Source: Alphaproteobacteria bacterium (GTDB lineage Bacteria; Pseudomonadota; Alphaproteobacteria; Bin95). Taken from it: 64,000 bases of DNA. The stretch spans positions 1 to 64,000 of the forward strand of contig OZ219785.1 of NCBI GenBank assembly GCA_964291285.2, given 5' to 3'. The position numbers and the translations under genes are program-made. Below the pieces are notes generated by a model, which saw nothing but the letters and a program-made list of their open reading frames with translations, ran no database searches and was not told the origin of the DNA. Positions 48,840 to 58,899 of this stretch are shown in pieces. How positions within the stretch are numbered: the stretch's first letter is position 1; each line of letters starts with the position of its first letter.

Positions 48840-50141
48840 TCAGGCGTTCAAGACCTTGAGGAGGCATTCCAGAGCCTCGATGCAAAACGCAGAGGTCACG
48901 GCTTCGGAGCCGTGTCCTATCTGCCCTACGGTCCCCCACTTCAGCGACTGGTCTCCGAACGCCAGGAGTTCCTGCCAGCTACCGTCATCCCGTTGCGAAT
49001 TTGCGAATCTTTCCAACTGGCGTTTTCCGTCGATACGTTCAAGGCTTCCAATATTGTAAAGCGCCGACACTGCCTGCGCCGCCTGAAGAATATTGACAAA
49101 CTCTCCTTTATCGTCGCGCAAACCCAGAATGCGTTCAGCAAGAATCGGGCGTAATTTGTTGAGGGCAGGCCGCGTGCGAGCCACCGCACGCGCGGTTGCA
49201 TAGTAGATCGCCACTTCGTCGGGATACCATTTGGACGAATCCTCGACCCGGCCTTCGGTAATCAATGTTTCCAGCCATCGTTGAGCGTCCCTTGTTTCAG
49301 GGCGGTCACCCAGATAGGCAATGACATTCGCATTGACGACAGGATCGGCTTCGAGGCGGAAACGCGACACAACGTCAGGTTCGTCGCCGGCCAGAACCCA
49401 AGTCATGAAACGACCGTGCTCGTCTCGGTTTTCCAATATCCCGGGCACGTTTCTTTCCAGAAGAATCCAGGGATGATCTTCGATGACAAGCGAACAGAGT
49501 GTCGTGCTGTCCAGATCCTGGGGCAGATGGCGGTAGTAGCGCCACAATCCGGGATATTCGATGGTGTCGCCGATATAGGCCTTGGCGGCATTGTACAGGG
49601 CCCTGGCCCGCGCATCGCCGCAACGCGCCAGGGCAAGCGCGTAGAAAGCCGAAACGAAGGGAGGTCTCTCGAAATGCCGCGGAATATCCGGGTTGGCCGT
49701 GTTGAACCGGATGCAGTGCCAGGCCCCGTTTTCGTCGATAGCGGATTCCAGGAAGGCGAGACCGCGGCGGATGCTTTCTCTGCCCGCGGCGGCCAGCGCC
49801 TCGGGGCCGGCGGCGCCTGTTCCGGCCCGCGCCCCTTCGGGCAGGGGGGGACGGCGCGGCGGCGCGGGGTCGTGAAGCGTCCTGCGAAGAAAAGCGAGCG
49901 AAGTCGCGCCGGTTCTCGCTTCCTCCCGCTCGGCCGCGGTGAATTTGCCGCGCGGCGGCAGGACGAGATGCGTCGCCGCGTAGGTTTCCTCATGCACATG
50001 AATTTCATGGCCCTCGGCCGGCGTCACGCCGAGTTCTTCTTCGATGGTCTTTCTGGGGTCAGCGAGAAGGCGGGCGCGCAAACCGTGGTCGTCGCCGGCC
50101 CGCGACATGAGGTGTTCCACCGCGTCAACGGGCTTCTTCAT
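48840..50141 (-). CDS. NHLP-leader domain fused to a monodomain class II terpene cyclase / prenyltransferase-like alpha-barrel
   Basis: N-terminus collinear with the precursor leader (LRARLLADPRKTIEEELG...HLVLPP); PQDLDST, DPVVNANVIAYLG, QW motif SQRDDGSW. Confidence 0.75.
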   Translation of the reverse strand: MKKPVDAVEHLMSRAGDDHGLRARLLADPRKTIEEELGVTPAEGHEIHVHEETYAATHLVLPPRGKFTAAEREEARTGATSLAFLRRTLHDPAPPRRPPLPEGARAGTGAAGPEALAAAGRESIRRGLAFLESAIDENGAWHCIRFNTANPDIPRHFERPPFVSAFYALALARCGDARARALYNAAKAYIGDTIEYPGLWRYYRHLPQDLDSTTLCSLVIEDHPWILLERNVPGILENRDEHGRFMTWVLAGDEPDVVSRFRLEADPVVNANVIAYLGDRPETRDAQRWLETLITEGRVEDSSKWYPDEVAIYYATARAVARTRPALNKLRPILAERILGLRDDKGEFVNILQAAQAVSALYNIGSLERIDGKRQLERFANSQRDDGSWQELLAFGDQSLKWGTVGQIGHGSEAVTSAFCIEALECLLKVLNA

Positions 50142-50181
50142 CGATGCATTCCATGCTTGCCGACCCTGCAATCTTCCCCTG

Positions 50182-52134
50182 TCAGGCGATTTGCCGCCTG
50201 ACCAGCTCCCTGAATACCCCGTCGACCTCCATGAGCTCGTTGAAGGAGCCGCTTTGCACGATCTTCCCGGCCTGCAGCACATAGATGCGGTCGGCCTGCT
50301 CCAGGGTCGATAGGCGGTGGGCGATGACAATCCGGGTGGAGGTAAGCGCGGTGAGGTTTTGCATCACCCGGGCCTGGCTTTCGTTGTCCAGCCAGTTGGT
50401 GGCCTCGTCGAACAGCATTACCCGCGGGCTGCCGATAACCGAACGGGCGATCGTGATGCGCTGCCCCTCGCCGCCTGACAGGACGGTCCCGCTGGTGCCA
50501 ACCATGGTCATCATGCCCATGGGCATGCCCCTGATCTGGTCCTCCACTTCGGCGACCCGGACCGCTGACCACACTTCGTCGTTCGTCACGTCCTCGCGAT
50601 GGCTGACCAGGTTGTCCCAGAGGTCATGGGGGTGGAGGCCGACCGATTGCGGCACGGCGCCGATTTTCCGGCGCAGTTGCTTCAGGTTCAGATGCCTGAG
50701 ATCGCGTCCGTCGTAATACACCGCACCGGCGGTCGGCCTGTCGACTCCAAGGGCAAGCCGGAACAGGGTGCTCTTGCCCGAGCCGGACTCGCCGGCAATC
50801 GCGATGAAATCGCCGGCACGGGCATGGATCGTGACATCGTCGAGAACCAGCGGGCCGTCCGGGTCGTAGCGGAAGGAAATGCGATCGAACAGGACGTCGC
50901 CGCCCAGATATTCGACCGGCTCCCCTTCCACCTCCGTATCGGGAATTGCGGCCAGCAGGGGGCGCATCTGATCGAACGCCGGGAGCATGGCGGCCATGGC
51001 GCTGAAAGACTCCCCGAGCCGGCCGACCGCGGACTGGAAGGCGATGAAGACGGTGTAAACGACGAGAAAATCGCCGATCGGAAGGGTCCGGTCACCCACC
51101 GTGGCCACAGCGAAGAGCAATACCCCGCCGGCAAGAAAGGGGAGCGCGGCGCCGAACGCCCGCGAATGCGCCTCAAGCGCATCCAGCTCGATCTCCGCGC
51201 GTTTCTGCACGCGATAGTCCCGCGCCCAGATAGCGAAGGCCGACCCTTCCGCGTTTTCCACGCGCAGCTTGGCGATACCGCCCACGATCTGGAACAGCCG
51301 CCCGGATACGCGACGCGCTGCGTCGATCATCCGCCCGTAAGGCGAGACCTGGCGCAACCCAAGGACTGTCGCGACCAGCAGCGAAGCCAGGCTGAAGACG
51401 AGGGCGATGATGCCGAGTGCGGCATCGTAGAAGAAGATGACAGCAAAGACCGGCAGCAGAAAAACGATCGACAACAGGCTGTCGGCCACGACTCCCTGTA
51501 CGCCGTCCCGGAGATTCTGGAACGTCATGCCCGACATGGCCAGATCGCCGGCCGGACGGCGGTGCAGCACGCCTGGCGGGAGGCGCATGAGGCGGTCCCA
51601 GAAAGCAGCTTCGACCCGCGACGCCGAGCGTCCCTCAAGGCGCATCATTGCCGAGCTTTGAAGCAGGTGCAGCAACGCGCCGAGCAAGCCGAACCCCGCG
51701 ACCGCCAGGGCCACGATGTAGAGCACTGCGGCGCTTCCGCCCGCCGCTATGTGATTCGCGGCGAAACCGAGCGCAATTGCCGGCAGCAGCTTGATCAGGC
51801 CGCCCGGAAGCCCGGCAGCCACCAGCCGCGCCAGATCCCCGGCCGATCCATGCAGGGCGATTTTCAGCAGGTCTGCCGGTTTCACGTTCCCCGACGGCAA
51901 CGGCCGGTAGAACATCCAGGCTTCCTCGGCCAGCGCGCCGGCGCGCTCCGCCGTCATCCGGACACTGCGCTTGCTGACCGGGTCCACTTCCCGGTAGCGC
52001 CCGAACATTCCCGGCAGCAGCGCTACGGGCTGGCCGTCCTCGGCGCGGAAGCCCAGCATCGCGTTGCTGTCGCCCCGCCACCAGTCTCCCTCGCCCTTGA
52101 ACCGCACGCGCCGGGCGCGCACACCCGACGCATC
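50182..52134 (-). pseudogene. NHLM bacteriocin-system ABC transporter (permease + ATPase), 5'-truncated
   Basis: DASGVRARRV, WDRLMRLP, GESGSGKST, LSGGEGQR, FDEAT; no start or RBS, and similarity is lost upstream of about 52135. Confidence 0.8.
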
Positions 52135-52322
52135 CTTGATGCAAAGAGCGAGGCCCGGCCGGCCTGCATCGGTCGGCAGTTTTCCGTTGCGTGACAGACG
52201 GTTGGGCCTGACCCGGCCTCTGACCGCGGTTTCGCGCGCGGGTCGCGTTGTCCGTTCAAGAGCGCCGTTCCGTTCCCCCGGGACGGACGGCGCCCGAGGG
52301 AACAGACAACGGAGACACGCCC

Positions 52323-53459
52323 ATGCGCATCCATGCCCCCGTCAACGAGCGGACGGTCCGCCGCACCTTCAGGGAGAAGAAACCCGGACGATACGGCCTG
52401 ACCGTCATCGACAGGGACCTGCCCGCCTTCGGCTTCACCGTCGCCGGGAACGGAACGAAGACCTTCTTCGTCCGGACCTCACGCCAGTTCGGCGCGCCCA
52501 GGGCGATCCTCGGCACGACCGACGACATGACCGCCGCCGAGGCGAGGGAGAAGGCCATTGCCGCCATCGCCGAAGCCAAAGCCGACCGCGAGACCGGGCC
52601 GCTGTTCGCCGACTTCGCGGCCGACTTCATGCGCCGCCAGGGGCGGCGCTGGAAACCCTCCACGAGGAAGGCCAACGCCCATCTGGTCGAGCGCGGCCTC
52701 GTGCCCTTCTTCGGCGCGATGCCCGTCGCGAAGATCGACCGCGCCGATGTGCGGCGCTGGTTCGATTCCCTCAGCGGCGCCCCCGGCAGCGCCAACCGGA
52801 CCCTGCCGGTGCTCTCGGTGATGATGCGGCAGGCGGAGCTATGGGACCTTCGCCCGCAGGGCTCCAACCCCTGCCGCAACATGCGGCGCTACAGGACGGC
52901 GCCGCGCGAGCGGTTCCTGTCCCTGGACGAGTTGAAGCGCCTCGGCTTCGTCCTCGACCATGCCGAGGACCGGCAGGCCGCCGCCGCCATCCGCCTGCTG
53001 CTGTTCACCGGCGCCCGGTCGTCCGAGATCGCCAGCCTGCAATGGGACTGGATACGGGACACCCGCGCGGTGTTGCCGGACTCCAAGACCGGACCGAAGG
53101 CGCTCCAGCTTCCCCCGCCCGCGCGGGCCGTCCTGAATGGCCTGCCGCGCGAGGGACGCTTCGTCTTCCCGAACGGGAAGGGCGACGGCCCGATGACCGA
53201 CCTCGGCCTGCGCTGGCAGAAGCTGCGCGGTCTCGCCGGGCTGGACGATGTGCGCATCCACGACTGCCGGCATACCTTCGCCTCCCATGCCGTGATGAGC
53301 GGCCTCGACCTCTACACCGTCGGCCGCCTGCTCGGCCATGCCGATACCGCCTCCACCGAACGCTACGCCCATCTCGCCGACGAGCATGTCCGCGAGGCGG
53401 CCGGGCGCATCTCCGGCATCGTCCACGGCGCCATGACCGGGAAGGAAAGCGGGCGATGA
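52323..53459 (+). CDS. Tyrosine recombinase/integrase 1
   Basis: Arm-like N-terminus; TGARSSE, DSKTG, IHDCRH, LLGH, ERYAH. Confidence 0.92.
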   Translation: MRIHAPVNERTVRRTFREKKPGRYGLTVIDRDLPAFGFTVAGNGTKTFFVRTSRQFGAPRAILGTTDDMTAAEAREKAIAAIAEAKADRETGPLFADFAADFMRRQGRRWKPSTRKANAHLVERGLVPFFGAMPVAKIDRADVRRWFDSLSGAPGSANRTLPVLSVMMRQAELWDLRPQGSNPCRNMRRYRTAPRERFLSLDELKRLGFVLDHAEDRQAAAAIRLLLFTGARSSEIASLQWDWIRDTRAVLPDSKTGPKALQLPPPARAVLNGLPREGRFVFPNGKGDGPMTDLGLRWQKLRGLAGLDDVRIHDCRHTFASHAVMSGLDLYTVGRLLGHADTASTERYAHLADEHVREAAGRISGIVHGAMTGKESGR

Positions 53460-54805
53460 GCGGCGGCAGGCATCGTGTCCGGCTCACCGTGAAGGCCGTC
53501 GCCGCCGCCAAGCCGGCGGAACGGGAATACACCCTGTGGGACAATCTGCTGGCGCATTTCGGGGTCAGGGTGCAGCCCTCCGGCGTCCGGTCCTGGATCG
53601 TCCAGACCCGCGTCCGGGGACGCATGCGCAAGATCACCCTCGGGCGCTTCCCCGAACTGCCTCTCGACGCGGCGCGCCGGGAAGGCGCAGCCGTGCTCGC
53701 CCGCCTGTGGGGCGGCGAGGACGTGACGCCGCCGCGCAAGGAGAAGGCGCCGCTGTTCCGGGACTTCGCCGCCCGTTACCGCTCGCGGCGGAAACACCGC
53801 TGGAAGCCGTCCTCGCTCAAGACCTTCGATAGCTACATGAAGAACCGCCTGATGCCGCATTTCGGCAGGCTCCGGCTCGACGCCATCGACCATGCGCGGG
53901 TCTCGGCATGGTTCGACGCCGCCAGCGCGGACAGGCCCGGCGCCGCCAACCGCGCCTTCGAGATACTCCGCGCCATGCTCGGGACGGCCCGGCAGTGGGG
54001 CGACATCGGCGAGCATGTCCCCGATGCCTGCGCCAACATCGTGAAGAACCCCCGCAAGCCTGTCGCGCGTTACCTCAGCCGCGAAGAGCTGGAGCGTCTC
54101 GGCGCGGTGCTCGACCGCCACCGGAAGGAACACCCCTGGCCGGTGGCGGCCATCCGGCTGCTGACGCTCACCGGGGCGCGGCTCTCCGAAGTCATCAACC
54201 TCAGGTGGGACGAGATCGGAGAGTTGACCGGAGACGGCGCGAGCGCGCGCATCGAAGACTCCAAGACCGGGCCGCGCACCATCTGGCTCGGACCCGAAGC
54301 GGCAAGGCTGGTCGAGGCGCTGCCGCGACCGGATGGCCGGGAGCGGGTGTTCCCCGAGACCCTCACACCGGCAAGGCTCTACACCTTCTGGTGCGGTATC
54401 CGCGACGAGGCGGGGCTTCCGGGCCTTCGCATCCACGACTGCCGCCACACCTGGGCCTCGCAGGGCGTCATGAACGGCGTCGGGCTCACCACCGTCGGAC
54501 GGCTGCTCGGACACCGCAAGCGGGAGACCACCGCGATCTACGCCCATCTCGACGATGGCGCGCTGCGGGTCGCCGCCGCCCAGGCCGCCGCCGTCATCGC
54601 GCGAGCGATGGGGTACAGGGCGGAGGCGCCTCCGCTGCCGGACGAGGCGGCGCACGGCGATGCATCGGCCGACATACCTGTGCCGTCCAGGCCCGGTGCG
54701 TCGGCATCACCGGAGGGAGGGCGATCCTCCCTCCGGGTCAGGACCGGGGATCCGGAGCGATCGGATGCAAGCATCCGCCGTAGACCGCAGGGTATCGGGA
54801 TCTGA
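53456..54805 (+). CDS. Tyrosine recombinase/integrase 2
   Basis: ATGA overlap with integrase 1; arm domain; TGARLSE, DSKTG, IHDCRH, LLGH, IYAH. Confidence 0.92.
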   Translation: MSGGRHRVRLTVKAVAAAKPAEREYTLWDNLLAHFGVRVQPSGVRSWIVQTRVRGRMRKITLGRFPELPLDAARREGAAVLARLWGGEDVTPPRKEKAPLFRDFAARYRSRRKHRWKPSSLKTFDSYMKNRLMPHFGRLRLDAIDHARVSAWFDAASADRPGAANRAFEILRAMLGTARQWGDIGEHVPDACANIVKNPRKPVARYLSREELERLGAVLDRHRKEHPWPVAAIRLLTLTGARLSEVINLRWDEIGELTGDGASARIEDSKTGPRTIWLGPEAARLVEALPRPDGRERVFPETLTPARLYTFWCGIRDEAGLPGLRIHDCRHTWASQGVMNGVGLTTVGRLLGHRKRETTAIYAHLDDGALRVAAAQAAAVIARAMGYRAEAPPLPDEAAHGDASADIPVPSRPGASASPEGGRSSLRVRTGDPERSDASIRRRPQGIGI

Positions 54806-54959
54806 GTTTGCGGCGGGCATGGAGCCGATCGGGGACCCTCAGGCGGGGTCTTTGCCGTGAAAATGGTTGGGGATCGGGCACACAAAAACCCCTCCCCGCC
54901 AAAGCACTGCTTCCGAGGCGTCCGATACTCGCCATCTGCGGCGCCCGTCTTGCGGATCG

Positions 54960-55704
54960 TGAATCGAAGCCGCTGGACCGCATCGGCGAGGCCGCCATCC
55001 GGCGCTGGTTCGAGCGATACAGCCGCACCGCGCCGGGCAACGCCAATCCCTGCCTTGCCCGTCTGCGGCAGATACTCAACTTCGCCCTCGCCTGCGGCCA
55101 CATCGAGGTCAATCCCGTCGGGCGCATCGCCCCGAACCGCCGCACGGCGCTCACGCGGTTCCTGTCCCGGGAGGAACTCGCACGCCTCCATGCCGCCCTG
55201 GACGCGCAGACCCGGAAGAGCGCGCGGCAGCAGGCCGACATCGTCCGCCTCCTGCTGCTGACCGGCTGCCGCAGAAGCGAGATCACGGGCCTGCGATGGT
55301 CCGAGGTCCGCGACGACGGGTTGGCGCTCACCGATGCCAAGACGAGGCCGAGGACGGTCCCGCTCGGCAGCCGGGCCCGGGCCATTCTCGACCGGCAGCC
55401 GCGCGCGGGCAGCCCGTTCGTGTTTCCCTCGCCGTGCGACCCCGCCCGCCCGCGCAGCCCGGACCTGCCGCTCTGGTACCGCGTCAGACGCGAAGCCGGC
55501 ATCGGGGATGTCCGCCTTCATGATCTCCGGCATACCATGGCGAGCCATGCCGTCATGAACGGCGTGCCCGTCCCGGTGGTCTCCCGCCTGCTCGGGCATT
55601 CCAATGTGAGGATGACGCTGCGCTATGCCCATCTCGCCGACCGCGAGATCGAGGCCGCCGCGGAACGCGTCGGGCAGGCCATGAGCGCCGTGCTGGAGGC
55701 TTGA
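54960..55704 (+). CDS. Tyrosine recombinase 3, lacking the N-terminal arm domain (possibly truncated; start uncertain)
   Basis: TGCRRSE, DAKT, LHDLRH, LLGH, LRYAH; similarity to integrases 1 and 2 begins at about KPLDRI. Confidence 0.75.
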
Positions 55705-55745
55705 TGCACGACCCGGCCCGATGCTGCCGCTATCGGCGTGTCCGG

Positions 55746-56996
55746 TCAGAACTGTCGCACGAAGGAGAGTTCGGCGCGGTTGCGGTCGTAGTCGAGGGCC
55801 TGGGCGTTGGTATCGCGCTCCTCGCGGATGAGCGAGAGGCGGGGGCTGAAGCCGAGCACGGTGACGGCGCGGTTGTGCACGGAGAACGAGAGGGTGCGCG
55901 TCTCGTCCCGGCGCGGCCTGCGGTCGATGGTGTTGTGGGCGAAGCCCTGTCCCTGGTATGCGGCGCGCTGCAGGGAGGCGCGCAGGCCGAGGGTGAAGCC
56001 GGCCGGCAGCGCGAGCGTCGCGCCGAGGCCGGCCCGGGGTCCGCGGTTGCGCCAGTGTCCGGCATTGGCGCGGGTCCAGTTGTATCCGGCATGGCCGCCG
56101 AGGCGCAGGATCGGCAGGGCGGCCCAGCTTGCGCCGAGCGTCGCATCGCCCGCCGGGCCGTCGAGCCAGTTGCAGCCGCGGCAGTTGCGCCGGGTGGCGC
56201 TGGCGTGGGCGAACAGGGCGAGGCGCGGCGTCAGGCGGTGCGCGCCTTCCAGCCGGACGCCGAAGCGGTCGGTCTCGGGCCGCCCGGCGGTCCATTGCCG
56301 GTCCACCACCGCCAGCAGGCTCGCCTCCGTGTTCTCGTCGATCAGCCGGCGCGGGCCGATATGGGCCGAGAGCGAATGGCGGTCGAACGCCCCGCCCTTG
56401 TATTCCCGCGCGCTGGCGTCCGCCCCGGCGCGCAGCCGCAGGGCCGGCGAAAGCGGAACCTGGTATTCGCCGCCGCCCCACAGCGAGACGCCGATGCCCG
56501 ACTTGCGCGACACGTCGCCGTCGAGGGTGAAGGGCAGGCGCCCGAACGGCGTGTCGAGGAAGACCGTGCGCTCCCCCGATGCGGCGTTGAGGTTGCTGTC
56601 GGGCGCCACCGCCAGGCCGAAATGCGCCTCCCAGCGCCGCCGCGCGCGCATGATGTCGAGGAAGCGCCGGATGTTGGCGGCCACCGCCGGCGGCGGCGTC
56701 CCCGCCAGAACCTGTTCGAAATGCCGCCGCGCCAGGCTGTCCTCTTCCTTCAGGAAGAAGGCGTGCGCGAGTTCGAGGCGCACCCGCACCAGGTCCGGGC
56801 GGTCCACCAGGATGGCCCGGAACGCCGCAATCGCCTCGTCGAGCTTCCCGTCGCGGGCGTCCCGGTCCGGGGCGGCCTGCGCGGCGGCAAGCGCCTCCAT
56901 GCCCGCCCGGAACCGCTCGCCGGTCGCGTCCTGGCCGTGGGCGGCGGCCGCGAACAGGCACAGCCCGGCGGCAATGACGAGAGCGGGTATGCGCAT
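55746..56996 (-). CDS. Slam / DUF560 outer-membrane translocon (type XI secretion)
   Basis: Signal peptide, TPR (RVRLELAHAFF), APDSNLN, beta-barrel, C-terminal Phe. Confidence 0.85.
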   Translation of the reverse strand: MRIPALVIAAGLCLFAAAAHGQDATGERFRAGMEALAAAQAAPDRDARDGKLDEAIAAFRAILVDRPDLVRVRLELAHAFFLKEEDSLARRHFEQVLAGTPPPAVAANIRRFLDIMRARRRWEAHFGLAVAPDSNLNAASGERTVFLDTPFGRLPFTLDGDVSRKSGIGVSLWGGGEYQVPLSPALRLRAGADASAREYKGGAFDRHSLSAHIGPRRLIDENTEASLLAVVDRQWTAGRPETDRFGVRLEGAHRLTPRLALFAHASATRRNCRGCNWLDGPAGDATLGASWAALPILRLGGHAGYNWTRANAGHWRNRGPRAGLGATLALPAGFTLGLRASLQRAAYQGQGFAHNTIDRRPRRDETRTLSFSVHNRAVTVLGFSPRLSLIREERDTNAQALDYDRNRAELSFVRQF

Positions 56997-57049
56997 GGGA
57001 ACCCCTGTCCGTGCAAAGGGAACCTCCGGCCGCCCGGAGAGCGCCGGAG

Positions 57050-57086
57050 GAAAGAAGGCCCCGGCCGCCTGAAGCAGCCGGGGCCT
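57050..57086 (-). terminator. Intrinsic terminator between the lipoprotein and Slam genes
   Basis: AGGCCCCGGC / GCCGGGGCCT stem then TCTTT on the minus strand. Confidence 0.65.
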
Positions 57087-57109
57087 GAACCGGAGGCTAC
57101 GGGAGCCGG

Positions 57110-58822
57110 CTACTCTGCCGGCGCCTGTATCCTCGTCGAGAAGGCGCCGATAGCGTGCCCGTTCGAGAAGTGGGCGTTGAAGACACCCAGGATGCCGGCC
57201 GGGCGCCCGATGCCGTCCTTGTTGAAGGGCCCGGAGTCCCAAAGGCCAGTCTTGTCGTGGGCGGAAGCGCCTCTGGAACCCGTGGTAACGCCGCGGTAGA
57301 CGGTCAAGTCGTCCTGCGCGGTCTCCGCGAGCTCGACGCTCCAGTCCTCGTCGACGGCATTCCCCATGAAGTTGTCGATCGTGCCTCCCAGTTTACGCTC
57401 GCCTGCATCCCCGAACTTGGCGTTGAGCGTCACATCCGCCGTGAACTGTGCGGACTTCTGCCCCGTGTGCTCGCCGGCGGTGAAGGTCTTCAGCACCGAC
57501 AGGCCCAGGGCGTTGCCCTTGTAGGTGGCGGTGGCGGGCAGAGCGGCGTTCTTGGTGAGGTCCCCGCGATAGCCGGCAGGGCTGTTTGCGAGGACCGTGA
57601 CCCCGGTGGTGGAGCCGGTCTCATACAGCCAGTACCCGTAGCGGGCATAGGCATGGTACGTCGTGTAGTGGGAGTTCCTCGGCGTCATCCAGTAGTAGCG
57701 ATAGTTGCCCGCGTAGCCATCGTCGAATTCGTCGGCCGCCTTGAAGAACAGCTTGCCGGTCAGCTTGTCGCCAGGGGCAGAGCAGGTGCCCTGGCAATAC
57801 AGCGTCCCCTTGACCCCCTTGTAATATTGGTCCTCGGAGAGGTCGGTGGGATATGCATCCAGGGCCTTTCCGCTCGAGTTGGTGAGTGCGGACAGGGGCA
57901 TCCCGGCAAGGGGCAGGACATCGACATCCATGTTGTCGGCGCCGAAGGCCTTCTTCACGAGCATCCCATCCTTGGCGGCGATCTGCTCCCAGGTCATGAC
58001 GCCGGCCGGAAGTTCGCCGTCGTCATACCTGTGATAGAACATGGAGCGCCCGGTGTTGTCGGTGTGGTCCTGATCGGAAGTGGAGGGGAGGACAACCTTC
58101 GTCGGCGGCGGAGCAGCGGTCGGGGTTTCAGTGTACATGGCCGAGACCCTGGCATCGTAATTGCCGCCCGCACGAGCTGTGTCCGCAGGCTCCAAGGCAT
58201 GGAGCATCCGCCTCGCGGGCCTTGTCGAAGTCTTGAGGCCGCCAGCGGGGGTTTCGCCGGCGCGGTTCTTGATTTTCGCCTCTGTATCGACCGGCGAGAG
58301 AAGGCCCGCGAACGTCTGGGGTCCGCCGGTCAGGGTCTTCTCGATGGCCTTGATCTCCGCTTTCACTGTTTCGATCTGACCCGTGACCACCTTCTTCTGC
58401 GCCGCAAGGCCGGTCGTGCCGGCCGGCAGGGCGTTCAAATCCGTCAGCGCCTTCTCGGCCGCCGTCAGCGCCGCCTTGGCGTCCGCCAGCGCCTTGTCGG
58501 CCGCCGCCTTCGCGTCCATGATGACCTTGGCGTTGGCCCTGACCATCGAACTGTCGCCTCCGACGCTGTAGATGTCATACACGCCTTTCTTCTTGGCCTC
58601 GGCCAGCTGAGCTTCCGCTGTCTTCCTGGCATCCATCGCCGCCTTCTCGGCTGTCCCGGCGGCGTCATAGGCCGCCTGCGCCTTCTGGGCGTCCGTCATC
58701 TCCATCTGCTGGTCGCCGTCCATCGGCGCGGCCGCCTTCTTCCCGCCACCGCCTCCGCAGCCCGCGAGCGCCAGGCCCGCAGCGGCCATCGCCGCCAGAG
58801 CCACATGTCTCATGGTTCTCAT
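57110..58822 (-). CDS. Surface lipoprotein with C-terminal TbpB/fHbp-like barrel (probable Slam cargo)
   Basis: Lipobox LALAGC-GGGGG, Ala/Lys helical stalk, ATYKGNA..FTADVTLNAKF..GTIDNF..GAF. Confidence 0.8.
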   Translation of the reverse strand: MRTMRHVALAAMAAAGLALAGCGGGGGKKAAAPMDGDQQMEMTDAQKAQAAYDAAGTAEKAAMDARKTAEAQLAEAKKKGVYDIYSVGGDSSMVRANAKVIMDAKAAADKALADAKAALTAAEKALTDLNALPAGTTGLAAQKKVVTGQIETVKAEIKAIEKTLTGGPQTFAGLLSPVDTEAKIKNRAGETPAGGLKTSTRPARRMLHALEPADTARAGGNYDARVSAMYTETPTAAPPPTKVVLPSTSDQDHTDNTGRSMFYHRYDDGELPAGVMTWEQIAAKDGMLVKKAFGADNMDVDVLPLAGMPLSALTNSSGKALDAYPTDLSEDQYYKGVKGTLYCQGTCSAPGDKLTGKLFFKAADEFDDGYAGNYRYYWMTPRNSHYTTYHAYARYGYWLYETGSTTGVTVLANSPAGYRGDLTKNAALPATATYKGNALGLSVLKTFTAGEHTGQKSAQFTADVTLNAKFGDAGERKLGGTIDNFMGNAVDEDWSVELAETAQDDLTVYRGVTTGSRGASAHDKTGLWDSGPFNKDGIGRPAGILGVFNAHFSNGHAIGAFSTRIQAPAE

Positions 58823-58899
58823 CGAACCCTTCTCCTTCTCTCGGCCCGGACAAACCGGGCAAACCGTTTGAACCGTTCCTTCGCCGCGCGAAACGCAGG

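Noticed and set aside
52064-54805. 913-aa single integrase
   Set aside because: The upstream half is an off-frame shadow of integrase 1; the real gene starts at ATG 53456.
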